The notes under the pieces were generated by a model. The model was not told where the DNA came from and ran no database searches. It saw only the letters and a list, made by a program, of their open reading frames with translations. The translations under genes and the position numbers were made by a program. From Leptolyngbyaceae cyanobacterium (GTDB lineage: Bacteria; Cyanobacteriota; Cyanobacteriia; Phormidesmidales; Phormidesmidaceae), in the NCBI GenBank assembly GCA_965263355.1, contig CBDHHL010000056.1, positions 224,001-288,000 on the forward strand: a stretch of DNA of 64,000 bases. The letters are read 5' to 3'. Numbering within the stretch: position 1 is the stretch's first letter; each line of letters begins with the position of its first letter. Shown here piece by piece: positions 39,327-49,933 of this stretch.

Positions 39327-40007
39327 ATGATGCTGGTGAAGTTATTTTTTCCAAGAGATAAAATCATGTGGCCAGATTGTGTCAATAACCTCCAGCCTTT
39401 TGAGAACTCTCTTCAAGCAGAGTTACCACAATTTATTGTGCGGGCATTTCAGAAACAAGGTATTGAAAACCTTCAAGAGATGGTTTTACCGATTCAGATG
39501 ATCGCCTTGTTGGGGAAATGTGGCACAGAAACCTATATGGACTGCCCTAATTTGCCGGAATGGCATGTGGCAAACTCCCAGAGTGTCGGAAAAGAGCCCG
39601 CATACTATCTCGCTAATATTGGCCGATATTATTGGTTTGATGTGAATATTTTAGATGCTGAGCAAACTGTGCTGCCATTGCGCATTGTGTTTAATGAAGG
39701 CGATGCGGATTGCAATGATGGCATTTGGGGAGCAGCCTGGGACCGCAATACGGCAGAGCGTGTTGCTAACTTTAAGAGTGTAGGAGATTGCGAAACCGAA
39801 ATCGCAGTTGTTTCAGACACACATCTACAGGCGTATAAGCCCCATGATATATGGATTCCAACTAAGTTCAAAAATGGCAAAAGAGATGATCCCCTACCCG
39901 CTAATACTATCTATGCTCAAGATTTAGAATTAGAGAAACTGATTGGATTATCCATAAGATGGTGTGGTGCATATCGTTCGATGTCTACTTTCGAAAAATA
40001 TGTGTGA
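39327..40007 (+). CDS. Hypothetical protein
   Basis: 226 aa ORF; no family recognised. Confidence 0.6.
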   Translation: MMLVKLFFPRDKIMWPDCVNNLQPFENSLQAELPQFIVRAFQKQGIENLQEMVLPIQMIALLGKCGTETYMDCPNLPEWHVANSQSVGKEPAYYLANIGRYYWFDVNILDAEQTVLPLRIVFNEGDADCNDGIWGAAWDRNTAERVANFKSVGDCETEIAVVSDTHLQAYKPHDIWIPTKFKNGKRDDPLPANTIYAQDLELEKLIGLSIRWCGAYRSMSTFEKYV

Positions 40008-40027
40008 GGATGCCTATAATGTCTATT

Positions 40028-40603
40028 CTATGCGGCTTGAATTGTTAATGTAAAACCAGGCAGTACATTATCCCCTGAAAGAGTCGTAGGGAGGTTAATG
40101 ATAGCAATCTCCTGATTCGGTCGATAAATTTCAACTGTTTGACCTTGGGGATTAATTAGCCACCCAAGTTGGAGCCCACTGGCAAGGTATTCTTGCATCT
40201 TTTGCTGTAGTGGCTTCAATCGATCACTTTCGGACCGTAACTCAATCACAAAGTCAGGGCACAGGGGCGGAAATATTTTCTTCTGGTCTGGGGACAACTG
40301 ATGCCAACGTTCGAGCTTGACCCAGGCCGCATCGGGAGATCGATCGCCACCATTGGGTAATTTAAAGACGGTTGAGGAGCTAAATACCTTACCTAATTTT
40401 GTTTGGCGATTCCAGATGTTTAAGTCAGTAATATAATCTGCTTCTCTTTCTCCACTCTCACCACCTACTGGAGGCATAATAATTAATTCTCCTATTGCAC
40501 TCCGTTCCATCGCCACATCTTTATTGGCCATGCACAATTTATAGAACTGCTCATGGGTCAGTGTCTGGACTAGAGGTTCTAAGCTTAAGTGAATTGCACT
40601 CAT
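40028..40603 (-). CDS. Uma2 family endonuclease
   Basis: RSPDAAW, CPDFVIELRS, LGWLINP. Confidence 0.92.
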   Translation of the reverse strand: MSAIHLSLEPLVQTLTHEQFYKLCMANKDVAMERSAIGELIIMPPVGGESGEREADYITDLNIWNRQTKLGKVFSSSTVFKLPNGGDRSPDAAWVKLERWHQLSPDQKKIFPPLCPDFVIELRSESDRLKPLQQKMQEYLASGLQLGWLINPQGQTVEIYRPNQEIAIINLPTTLSGDNVLPGFTLTIQAA

Positions 40604-40947
40604 ATTAGGTAACCTTGATTGCTCCGGCTTGCTTCTATTCTAGACTTGCAACCAGCATCTAAGCTAAAAAAGGTTATCAATACTTGCCAAGCATTTTTTA
40701 GGAGAGTCTTTGCTGGGTGTTGAAAATGTTTGAAAATAAAGAGTTATAGCCTTGCATAGTTTTAGTGGGCGGTGCTCACCCTACCGTTTGACTCTGGGCG
40801 GTATGGGTTAACCGCTTAGCTTAAAGGTGACTGGAAACGTTGACAGCTCAATGGCTGAAGGGCGTTATCAATAGGGATTAATGTATCACTATTATCTAGT
40901 ACTAGCAGAATCGTCCCATCATCAGTGGCCTGCCAACCTTGGGCCTC

Positions 40948-41422
40948 AGTAACATTTTAATCTGATTTCCTTCGACTTTGTTAAAAATACTGGCTGCCAC
41001 CATTTCTGCAATACATTGACCTAATCCCCCAATAATGTTTTCGTTTTTAGCCTCAGCCACGGTAATAATAGGACTACTTAAAATTAATTATTCTGGGGAG
41101 GCACTAATAATAAAATCACAAAAACCATTTAAACCTTTCTTTTAAACCTTTCTCTTTATCAACATTAAACTCAATGCCAGAGAATAGGCTAACGTTGTGC
41201 TTAAATATTTTTCGTGTTTCTACCAGAATATTCGCAATAATCAGTTCTGAACGCGCTTTTTCTGTATTAATAGCACGGGCGAGAGGAATAGTCTCCTTTA
41301 AGACTTCAGTAAGTGTAGCAGAGAGATCAATCCCCTTGATAGCAGACAAAACATTTTGCCTCTCTGGTAGAGTGACTCCCAACTCTTGTTTAACTTTTTT
41401 AAGTCAAATCACTGTATGACAT
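40948..41422 (-). pseudogene. Frameshifted conserved cyanobacterial PD-(D/E)XK-like protein
   Basis: MSYSD start; TEKARSELII, SLFSGIEFNVD, EAKNENIIGGLGQCIAEMVAA fragments; frameshifts, in-frame stop and 3' truncation. Confidence 0.7.
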
Positions 41423-41440
41423 CGTTAAATTCCATAGCGC

Positions 41441-41559
41441 TTAATTCTTCTTTGACTGAACGCTTTTTACCCAGGCATAATCTGTTTCCCTAAAGGGAGG
41501 TACTGGTTGTTGTTGATAATCAATTGTCAGATCGAATGCAGCCGCACCATAAACAATTC
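41441..41559 (-). pseudogene. C-terminal remnant of a DUF4058-like protein
   Basis: VYGAAAFDLTIDYQQQPVPPFRETDYAW; the 5' part is replaced by a REP-like repeat. Confidence 0.5.
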
Positions 41560-41593
41560 TGTAGGGGCACTCACATATGGAGGCCCTTCGATA
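41560..41593. repeat. REP-like palindromic repeat
   Basis: TGTAGGGGCACTCACATATGGAGGCCCTTCGATA; similar to the reverse complement of 15337-15370. Confidence 0.6.
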
Positions 41594-41651
41594 CCGGATG
41601 CTATCAGTCAGAATTTCGTATGAGGAGTGTTGATGCAGGGCTCTATACAAA

Positions 41652-41685
41652 CAGCGGGTGAAGCTCCTTAGAACCCCACCCGCTG
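41652..41685 (-). terminator. Hairpin terminator after rpmF
   Basis: CAGCGGGTG...CACCCGCTG stem. Confidence 0.55.
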
Positions 41686-41713
41686 CTTTTGCCCAAAAAA
41701 GACGCCCGTAACC

Positions 41714-41899
41714 TTACTCGTCGTCGTCGTCGTCCTCATCCTCATCATCCTGAGGATACTCAAAACTATTAGACCGATTAGTTAATACTGACTTACCAAG
41801 ACTCAACGCCCGTCGAGCCTGTATTTCTGCTTTTCGCTTCCAAACGGCGCGATGCATGTTGCGCTTAGACTTGGAGCGTTTTTTCTTAGGAACCGCCAT
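41714..41899 (-). CDS. rpmF: 50S ribosomal protein L32
   Basis: [15 protein letters not shown]...WKRKA...ALSLGKS. Confidence 0.95.
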   Translation of the reverse strand: MAVPKKKRSKSKRNMHRAVWKRKAEIQARRALSLGKSVLTNRSNSFEYPQDDEDEDDDDDE

Positions 41900-42012
41900 G
41901 GACCTGTTGGAAAATTAGACAACCTATTGATAATAGACCAAAGATGTGCGCATAAGGTAGGGTTTGGTAAGGAAAATTTTAAGCGTTGGCTGAACGAAAT
42001 CGAAGCCAACGC

Positions 42013-42480
42013 CTATAACGACGAGCCCGACGACCGCAATAACAACGACTCCGCACCCCGAAAATAGGTCGCCCAAAACTCAGTCACCGGCTGTTGGCTC
42101 CACTCCTGACGGCTAACCCGCAAAGTCAGAATCGGCACCGAGACACCATTGCTGTTCTCACCCGTTACACCGATCACCACCGCCGTGATCAACAAATCCT
42201 GGTCGAAACTACGCTGGGCCCCAGCCCGAGCTGCCATATTCGCCCGTCGCACCAGGCTGCTGTAGGGCTCGTCTTCCTCTAAGGTCAAAAATAAATTTAA
42301 CCGAGATGTATAGGCATGGGCAGCCTTGGGCATAATCAGCGCTTCCGTTAGCCACAACGCGCTAGAGGTGCCCAGCAACACCGCCAAGCCAACAGGGGCA
42401 AATGAGGCGCTAAAGCGTTGCGTTAAAGGGCGCTTACGTCGCCGTCTAGGATATGGCCGGTAAAGGGATGTCGAGGACAT
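42013..42480 (-). CDS. Conserved cyanobacterial hypothetical protein with signal peptide
   Basis: AHA cleavage site; ARAGAQRSFDQDLL and WATYF motifs. Confidence 0.7.
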   Translation of the reverse strand: MSSTSLYRPYPRRRRKRPLTQRFSASFAPVGLAVLLGTSSALWLTEALIMPKAAHAYTSRLNLFLTLEEDEPYSSLVRRANMAARAGAQRSFDQDLLITAVVIGVTGENSNGVSVPILTLRVSRQEWSQQPVTEFWATYFRGAESLLLRSSGSSL

Positions 42481-42875
42481 GTAGGTTAAAAAATGCTAAA
42501 AATAACACCGTACCGATAGAACTGTAATATAAACCGCGTACAGAACCACGATTTCAGGAAAATCCGGGGCTTTGGCTGCGACGAAACAACTATCGTTAAA
42601 CTTTCCCAATTTTGTAACCCGAATTATCAATAAACAGAAAGTCTCCGGGCCACAATTCTGATTGGATAGTGTATCTCATTAGAATTAGATATCGGAATGA
42701 TTCGGAGCTATCGGCTCTATCGGAGCTATCAGCTCTAATCGGCTCTAGAATGAGCGCATCTAACATCTAATTAAGTTGATATTGTATATCAACTCAAACG
42801 ACTCAACTTGCAGTATTATATTGCGCTGAATGCGTCTGCTCCCTTTAACGTCCAATCTGTATTTGGTGGCTTCTA

Positions 42876-45194
42876 ATGTCGAATAGCTGGGCAATTATCA
42901 TTGGAATCAATCAGTATCAGGGGTTTCAGCCGCTGATGCAGGCTCAAAATGATGCGGTGGGTATTCGTCGATACCTGATCGAAGAAGCTGGCTTTGCGCC
43001 GGAAAACTGCATTTTACTGAGTGATTTGTCCAAGTCGACTGAGCAGGAAGCGGTCTTTCCCGATCAGGTCGCTATTAATGACTGGCTTGAAACTATTTGC
43101 CAGGGACGGGTGCAACAGGATGACACACTTTGGTTTTACTTCAGCGGCTATGGAGCCCAGGCAGATAATAAGGACTATTTGATGCCGGTCGATGGCGATC
43201 CAGCACAAGTTAAACAGACTGGGATTGCCTTGCAGGAAGTGGTGAAATATCTCAAGCAAGCACCAACGAAAGACATCATTATGGTGCTGGATATGAACCG
43301 TAGCCAGAGTGCTTTAGCAGGTCAGGCGATTGGTGAACATGTGGCCAAGTTAGCGAGTAAAGCGCGTATTCCACTGATTCTGTCCTGTCAGCCCAATGAG
43401 TTTTCCCATGAGACCCTGGCCGTGCGCCATGGGTTGTTTACAGCGGCATTGCTGGAGGGGCTTCGTTATGACGGTTGTGCCACCCTCAGTCACCTGGAAC
43501 GCTATTTAATTGAGCGCATTCCTGAACTCTGTGAACACCATTGGCGACCGATTCAAAATCCGGTAGTGATGCTGCCTGAAGAACAGAAATTTCAGCTGCT
43601 GTGGCATCAGCGTGATGGGGTGACCCCTGGCGCTGAGGTAGCTGCGGCGGCAGCAGCCGGGCTAGGGGGCATTGGTGCTGCTGCTTTAGCAGATACCCCA
43701 GAGTCGGATATGGCAATGGTGGAAGATGCACCGGATACAGCGTTTCTGATTCCGGATAACCCAGATGCTGAGTTTATTGCAGATGATGCGGATCTGATTC
43801 CAGATGACCCGGATGCTGAGTTTACCGTAAATGACCCAGATGCGGATCTGATTCCGGATAACCCGGATGCTTTTGGGGATGAGAATGACCTGGTACTAAC
43901 TCCGGATTTAGTGCTGGCTGAGAACCTATCGGAAACGCCTGATCAAGAATCGTTTGCGGTGGATATGGATGAGGATGAGGATAATAGCTACGGTACAACC
44001 ACGGTTGATGACCTGCCTGATAATCAACCGGTTAAAGGCAATTGGGGTGGCTGCATAGGGTTATTGGCAGCATTTGCAGCGTTGGGGTTACTGCTGGCCG
44101 TGCTATTCCGTAATCAGGCCTTGGTACAAAGTACGTTGCAGAATCGAGTACCGCCTGATTGGCTAGCACGTATTGGGTTGGGCTCAGATGGGTCTACCGA
44201 TGAAACAACGCCTGATGACGCTACCCCATCAGGGGACACTCCAGACGATCCGGATGCTGTTGCGGACATTGCAGATGAGGAGCCGACAGCAGCTGTTCCA
44301 GACGACCCTGATGCGACGCCAGATGACCCGGATGCGGCAACACCTGACGACCCCGATGCCGTTCCAGACGATCCGGATGCGGCGGCAACACCTGACGACC
44401 CTGATGCTGACACACCCGATGCGGTGGCAGAAGAAGAAACAGATGCTGTAGAAGAAACAGACGATACCGATGCGGCGGTGGATGCCCCGGATGCGGCGGT
44501 GGGTGATGCCTCGGATACGCCACCGGAGGGTGTAGCGGCATCTGGTAACACGACGAATAGTTCAACTTCAACACCTGATGCATCGGCAGCTGACGCACCT
44601 GGGGATGGCGCTAATACGGCAGCATTATTGGAAGAGGCTCGTCGGTCTTTGCGGCCAAGTCAGGCGTCTCGGTTTGCTAGCGCGATCGCAACTGCCAAAA
44701 AAGTTCCTACGGATGATCCCAACTATCCCCAAGCCCAGGCTGACATTCAGCGCTGGAGTCAAGTGATCATGGACCTGGCCGAAGGGCGGGCGGCGGAAAA
44801 TGATTTCCAGGGGGCCATTAATGCTGCCAAACTAATTCCCAATCAACCTGCGGATATCCATGGTCGAGCCCAAGAGCTAATTAGCACGTGGCAAACGCGA
44901 GCCGATGCCCGTGCCCTGATTCGAGAGGCCCAGACCATTCCTCGCACAGGTCAAGCCAGCACATACCAGCGGGGGATTTTGAAACTACAGGAAGTTCCTG
45001 AGGACTTGCCCATTGATTATGCAGATGCTCAGCGATTAATTGGCGAATGGACCGGCAAAATGCTGGCCATTGCCCAGTCTAGAGCAGACCGAGGTCTTTA
45101 CTTTGGTGCCATTGAAGCCGCCGAACTCATTCCTGAGGGCACCCCAAATTATGACCAAGCCCAGGCCGAGATTCGTCGCTGGAAAGGGGAGTAG
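42876..45194 (+). CDS. Caspase-family (C14) pseudo-orthocaspase with TM helix and acidic PDDPDA repeats
   Basis: AIIIGINQY; FYFSGYG (His replaced by Tyr); LDMNRS (Cys replaced by Asn); HGLFTAALL; TM helix; helical C-terminus. Confidence 0.85.
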   Translation: MSNSWAIIIGINQYQGFQPLMQAQNDAVGIRRYLIEEAGFAPENCILLSDLSKSTEQEAVFPDQVAINDWLETICQGRVQQDDTLWFYFSGYGAQADNKDYLMPVDGDPAQVKQTGIALQEVVKYLKQAPTKDIIMVLDMNRSQSALAGQAIGEHVAKLASKARIPLILSCQPNEFSHETLAVRHGLFTAALLEGLRYDGCATLSHLERYLIERIPELCEHHWRPIQNPVVMLPEEQKFQLLWHQRDGVTPGAEVAAAAAAGLGGIGAAALADTPESDMAMVEDAPDTAFLIPDNPDAEFIADDADLIPDDPDAEFTVNDPDADLIPDNPDAFGDENDLVLTPDLVLAENLSETPDQESFAVDMDEDEDNSYGTTTVDDLPDNQPVKGNWGGCIGLLAAFAALGLLLAVLFRNQALVQSTLQNRVPPDWLARIGLGSDGSTDETTPDDATPSGDTPDDPDAVADIADEEPTAAVPDDPDATPDDPDAATPDDPDAVPDDPDAAATPDDPDADTPDAVAEEETDAVEETDDTDAAVDAPDAAVGDASDTPPEGVAASGNTTNSSTSTPDASAADAPGDGANTAALLEEARRSLRPSQASRFASAIATAKKVPTDDPNYPQAQADIQRWSQVIMDLAEGRAAENDFQGAINAAKLIPNQPADIHGRAQELISTWQTRADARALIREAQTIPRTGQASTYQRGILKLQEVPEDLPIDYADAQRLIGEWTGKMLAIAQSRADRGLYFGAIEAAELIPEGTPNYDQAQAEIRRWKGE

Positions 45195-45240
45195 CGAGAA
45201 GATTCTAGATATGCCCCTACTTAACCCAGAGGTGGGGCTA

Positions 45241-46005
45241 TTAATCTGTCAATATCGTTTCGATATTCCCTAGGATGTCTACGGTAGCTTGCAATTTTGT
45301 CTCGATGGTCTGTTTTTGTTTTGTCAGCTGATTAAGACGGCGATAACGGGCAATCGCCATACTTAACACTGGCACCTGCTCAGATGGACACTGTTCTGTC
45401 TGGATTTGACCACAGCTGGTGAGGCGACACAGATAATATTGACTTGGTTTGTCATGGTCAGAGCTGTCCTTAACCTCGTGGGTTAAGGGCAAGGGCTCGA
45501 TTGTGCTGATTGTTGATGACGGGCTGACTGCTTGATTTTTGTCGATCGACTTGCCATTTTCGAGCACCGCACTTTCAAGGGCTGAAAGGTAGTTCATTAA
45601 ATCATTGGTGTCGCCATGGCGAAATAGAGCCACATCCGCCGTCCCCAAGTTTTGGGACTGCTTTTCACGATGGCTGTTGTTGGAGTGGTGACCTGCTAGA
45701 TCATTAGCTGCGGCATCATGCTCACCATGGCCATTGTCAGCCAGATTTGAGTACTTTACGGCAGCATGTAAGCTGGCTTCAGACGCTAACCAACCTGAAA
45801 CGACTGGGCCTTCTGCGTAGACCTGATGTATTTTGTGGGTTAGCTGTCGCAGCTGACTTTGATAGTACTGGACCTTTTTGTAAATATTGGTCAATGCATT
45901 AAGTGCGATCGCTGGATTCACCTCATGGCGAAAACTAATTGCTTCGCCATCGGTTGTATGCGGAAGCTGAGGAATCTTAGGAGTAAAAGACATGTGTGCT
46001 ACCAA
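45241..46005 (-). CDS. Hypothetical protein
   Basis: 254 aa ORF with YAEGPVVSGWL, YYLC and MAIARY blocks and a coiled-coil C-terminus. Confidence 0.65.
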   Translation of the reverse strand: MVAHMSFTPKIPQLPHTTDGEAISFRHEVNPAIALNALTNIYKKVQYYQSQLRQLTHKIHQVYAEGPVVSGWLASEASLHAAVKYSNLADNGHGEHDAAANDLAGHHSNNSHREKQSQNLGTADVALFRHGDTNDLMNYLSALESAVLENGKSIDKNQAVSPSSTISTIEPLPLTHEVKDSSDHDKPSQYYLCRLTSCGQIQTEQCPSEQVPVLSMAIARYRRLNQLTKQKQTIETKLQATVDILGNIETILTD

Positions 46006-46480
46006 ACCGCCAGTTGAATCTGTGAGATGGATGCTAGCCCTGATGCGTTCTGCATGATAGCCACGTATATGTAATGGAACTACAAGAAGCCAATTTAAAG
46101 GCTAGAACGCTTAATGGATTTTTTTTGAATATCAGATTAAATCATTAATCCGATACCCATAAATCCCTGACATAGTATACTTCGGCTTTTTAGAAGTGCC
46201 ACCAGATGAGCACCAAAATCTCATCGTCTATGGCGAATCTATTGAGACTTTTTGCCATAACCTATAATTTTCCATAGAGATACAAACGAGTTAGTATCCT
46301 CTTTGCCAGTGGCACCATTGTTATGCTTCTGTAGGCATTTTTTTTGATACGTGCCAGCATAGAGCTGCATGTGCTAAACCATATCTATCAGGCTAAAACT
46401 GATTCCTGATTGCATACAAAGATCTCAAGTTTGTTTCTGGCTACCCACACGATCAACTATCGTCATTGGGTTTTTGACCT

Positions 46481-47551
46481 ATGCGTTTACCTCCATCTGT
46501 GCGATATTTCCCATCTCGATTGCAGTTCATCTGGAATCCATGGCTTTGGCTTGGCATTCTGATCACGACAATTGTCGGTGTATACGCCTGGGAATATCGT
46601 CAAAATCCAAGACAGTTGCCTTGGCAAATTGACTCAACTGGTCTAGGCAGTTCTGGCGACGCTACCTCCACCGATGTGTTGCTTGAGTCGCTGACGCCTG
46701 AAGAGCAAGCTGTTGCAGCTGAGTTAGACAATGTAGAACTGCTATTAGCCCAGCTTGATTCCGATGTATCTGCATTGACCTCAGGAGGAGAATCCAGTGT
46801 GGCCGCTTCCCTCAATGCCTTGGGGAATGGAAATGGGAAGTCTGGCGAGTCAGGTGTGGAGCGTTTAACTCGCTACATCGACGAGTATAGTTTCCTGGGA
46901 ACGAACGCTAGAGGTTCAAATATACAGATAGAGCAGGAGGAAGTGTTAGTTCAACGACCGGTTGAGTCGATTTTGAACTTGCAACCCGATGCCACAACTC
47001 AGCCAGACGATGTTTTACCATTGAGCGCATTGTCCCAAGCCTTGGCCCGCCAGCAGACCGCATCAGAGGTTTCTCCAGCGTCGCCTGCTCAAGTAGACAT
47101 TGACTCTAGGGGCTTGCCGGTAACTGTCGATACGAGTAATAATCCGGAAATCGCTTCTGAAGAGACGGCTGACAATGCGGCTACACCAACGACATTTGGT
47201 TTTGATCAGACTGGGGTAGTCCCTGGTAGTTTAGATGGGCTCAACCGCTCGTTTATTCGAACTACTCCTAACATGTCGCCACCACCTGGTACGACTGGAT
47301 ATGTACCGCCAACGTCCTCGCCAGCATTTAATCAGCTAAATCAATCCGCTGGAGCAAGTTCTTTCCCTACACCCGCTCAGCCATCGTTTGATTCCTTTAA
47401 CAGCCCATCGTCATCAGCACCCGATAGTTCTCAGGTGTTACCACCTGCTGATGGGGTTAATACAGCACCATTGGCAACACCGACGTTTGATGGTGCGGCA
47501 CAACCGGTGCCAGACCAGCCCAGAAATGCTTGGGAAAGTTTCTGGGATTAG
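46481..47551 (+). CDS. Hypothetical membrane-anchored low-complexity protein
   Basis: N-terminal TM helix (WLGILITTIVGVYAWEY); Pro/Ser/Thr-rich tail. Confidence 0.65.
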   Translation: MRLPPSVRYFPSRLQFIWNPWLWLGILITTIVGVYAWEYRQNPRQLPWQIDSTGLGSSGDATSTDVLLESLTPEEQAVAAELDNVELLLAQLDSDVSALTSGGESSVAASLNALGNGNGKSGESGVERLTRYIDEYSFLGTNARGSNIQIEQEEVLVQRPVESILNLQPDATTQPDDVLPLSALSQALARQQTASEVSPASPAQVDIDSRGLPVTVDTSNNPEIASEETADNAATPTTFGFDQTGVVPGSLDGLNRSFIRTTPNMSPPPGTTGYVPPTSSPAFNQLNQSAGASSFPTPAQPSFDSFNSPSSSAPDSSQVLPPADGVNTAPLATPTFDGAAQPVPDQPRNAWESFWD

Positions 47552-47597
47552 GTGCTTGGCTGCACTTTAACTTTAGCTCCTACGGGGTATACACATC

Positions 47598-47670
47598 TAA
47601 ATCATGTCCAAGTTGAAATCTGTAGCTTCTTCTACGGAAAAACTCCAGTTCTGGACATGGACAAGGTTTA
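47598..47670. mobile_element. 73-bp MITE-like element, copy 2
   Basis: TAAATCATGTCCAAGTTGAAA...TGGACAAGGTTTA. Confidence 0.8.
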
Positions 47671-47763
47671 GAAGATAATGATCCAAAACTTAATACACGG
47701 TAGTGCTCTAACTTTGGTTGGGTTTAGCTAGGGTTACTATTGCACGATTAAAAGGAGCCATGA

Positions 47764-48114
47764 ATGGCAAAACAGAAGGGTAAAAAGTCGAACCCAGCGA
47801 CCGATCGGGTAGTGTATTCGGAATTTGGTCAGAATCCAGCTATGGAACGGGCTATGCCTGATCGCCCGCCAGCGGAGCAGGATTTACGGGTACAGGTCAG
47901 TGGTAAGGGGCGTAAGGGTAAAAAAGTCACTATTATTAGCGGGTTTCAGCACACCCCAGAAACATTAACCAAGCTAGCCAAGGCCCTTAAAGCTCAATGT
48001 GGCTCTGGTGGAACGGTTAAGGATAATACCATTGAAATTCAGGGGGAACATGCCCCTAAGCTGGTAGCTCTTTTGATTGAAAAGGGCTATCGTGCAAAGC
48101 GCAGCGGAGGCTGA
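47764..48114 (+). CDS. yciH: SUI1/YciH translation initiation factor
   Basis: GRKGKKVT, CGSGGTVKD, IEIQGEH. Confidence 0.9.
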   Translation: MAKQKGKKSNPATDRVVYSEFGQNPAMERAMPDRPPAEQDLRVQVSGKGRKGKKVTIISGFQHTPETLTKLAKALKAQCGSGGTVKDNTIEIQGEHAPKLVALLIEKGYRAKRSGG

Positions 48115-48123
48115 TGCGGGCCT

Positions 48124-49914
48124 ATGGCTTCTTTATTCTCGTTTTTCAGGTTAAAGCTCCTGCGCTACGGGCTTTTGAGTTTATTGGCATGGTGTGTAAT
48201 AAGCATTGCTGGATTGAGGGTGTGGGCAGCGGATTGGCAGCAACAGCCTTGTGTCGCTGCCCTCAGCCAAGATCAAATCTTAGAGCCAGTGCGCTATGGG
48301 GCGCAGCCAATTTCACAGCAACAGTTTGCAGCAGCCGTTTTAAGGGCATTTCCAGGTAAATTTGCAGCGGCTAATCAGGCCCTCGGTCTCACTTTTGAGG
48401 GAGAGACTGAAGTTGAGCAACTGTTAGTGGCCGCGTTGGAAGACGCGGTGGTTGAGCAACGGCCAATTTTGCGATCGCAAGCCCTCTCTGTGCTTACCAC
48501 TGGGGCAGCTTTGCCCTATGAAGCTAATGCCACCCGGTTACTGGAGGCCACTTTTAGGGATAGCCCATTAATTGCCTATGACAGTCGTGAAGGGGTCGCC
48601 GCTGCCTTGGCCCAGGGCATTATTCCGACCGAATTCAACGCTAGATTGCTGAGTTCTCAGCCCAGTTTTTACCCCAACCGCCATGAATCTTACGCCATGG
48701 CGGCCAATTTACTCTGTGCCGCTAGCCCTGACCCAACGGTGGCGGCCCTGGTACCTAATCGGGTCCAACCAGCAGCCATTACCCCTGGCCACACACCTCA
48801 ACGTGAGATCCGTGGGGTATGGATGACCAATATTGACAGTCAGGTCTTGTTTTCTCGGACCAATTTAGAGCAAGGGCTACAGCGGTTGGCAAAGCTGAAC
48901 TTTAATACCGTATACCCCACTGTGTGGAACTGGGGTTACACCCTGTATCCCAGTGCCGTGGCTAAACGTACCTTTGGCTATCAGCAGGGCCTATATCCCG
49001 ACGTGGACAATACGGGGGAACGTAATCAAGCCCTAGAAGCCGCCCAGGGAGATCGTGATATGTTACTGGAGCTGATTGAACTAGCTCATCCCCTGGGACT
49101 ACGGGTGATTCCCTGGTTTGAGTTTGGGTTTATGGCCCCAGCCAATTCCACCCTGGCGGCGGCTCACCCGGAGTGGCTGACCCAAAAGGCCGATGGCAGT
49201 CAAGTTAAGGCAGAAGGGATCCATGACCGGGTGTGGCTAAATCCGTTTCACCCTGAAGTACAGCAGTTTATGCTCGACATGGTGAGTGAGCTATTGGCCA
49301 ACTATCCCATTGATGGCTTTCAGGTAGACGATCATTTTGGTCTACCGGTGGCCTATGGCTACGATCCCTACACCGTTAACCTGTATCGCCAGGAACATAA
49401 TGGTCAGGCCCCACCCACCGATATTTACGACCCGGAATGGACCCGCTGGCGGGCTAATAAAATCACTGATTTTATGGGTCGTACTTTTGAGGTCGTTAAA
49501 GCACGGCAACCCACAGCCATTGTGTCGGTTTCTCCCAATCCCCATGAATTTGCCTATAGACACTTTTTGCAAGATTGGCATACCTGGGTTAACCGAGGCT
49601 ATGTGGAAGAGCTGATTGTACAGCTTTATCGTAGCGATCTGGGGCGGTTTGTCTGGGAAATGAACCGTGCTCCGGCTCAGGCGGCACGCCGTCATATTCC
49701 AACGGCGGTGGGGGTGCTTAGCGGACTGCGGGGACGGCCTGTATCCATGGCGTGGATCCAGGAGCAAGTAGCCGCGATTCGAGATCGCAGCTATGCAGGG
49801 GTTTCATTTTTCTTTTACGAATCCCTCTGGTGGTCAGATACTGAAACCCTAGAACAACGTCAGCAGTCCCTACGGGAGATTTTTCCCCGCAAAGCTACGG
49901 CTCCGCAAGTGTGA
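48124..49914 (+). CDS. Family 10-like glycoside hydrolase (GHL10) with SLH-like N-terminal region
   Basis: EIRGVWMTN, NTVYPTVW, IPWFEFG, DGFQVDDHF. Confidence 0.88.
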   Translation: MASLFSFFRLKLLRYGLLSLLAWCVISIAGLRVWAADWQQQPCVAALSQDQILEPVRYGAQPISQQQFAAAVLRAFPGKFAAANQALGLTFEGETEVEQLLVAALEDAVVEQRPILRSQALSVLTTGAALPYEANATRLLEATFRDSPLIAYDSREGVAAALAQGIIPTEFNARLLSSQPSFYPNRHESYAMAANLLCAASPDPTVAALVPNRVQPAAITPGHTPQREIRGVWMTNIDSQVLFSRTNLEQGLQRLAKLNFNTVYPTVWNWGYTLYPSAVAKRTFGYQQGLYPDVDNTGERNQALEAAQGDRDMLLELIELAHPLGLRVIPWFEFGFMAPANSTLAAAHPEWLTQKADGSQVKAEGIHDRVWLNPFHPEVQQFMLDMVSELLANYPIDGFQVDDHFGLPVAYGYDPYTVNLYRQEHNGQAPPTDIYDPEWTRWRANKITDFMGRTFEVVKARQPTAIVSVSPNPHEFAYRHFLQDWHTWVNRGYVEELIVQLYRSDLGRFVWEMNRAPAQAARRHIPTAVGVLSGLRGRPVSMAWIQEQVAAIRDRSYAGVSFFFYESLWWSDTETLEQRQQSLREIFPRKATAPQV

Positions 49915-49933
49915 TAGCCTAATCTGGCTTTAT

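Noticed and set aside
41714..41760. Acidic tail of L32 as a novelty
   Set aside because: Variable acidic tails are common in cyanobacterial L32; simple codon repeat
48114..48359. 81-aa ORF after the SUI1 gene
   Set aside because: Out-of-frame overlap with the GHL10 gene
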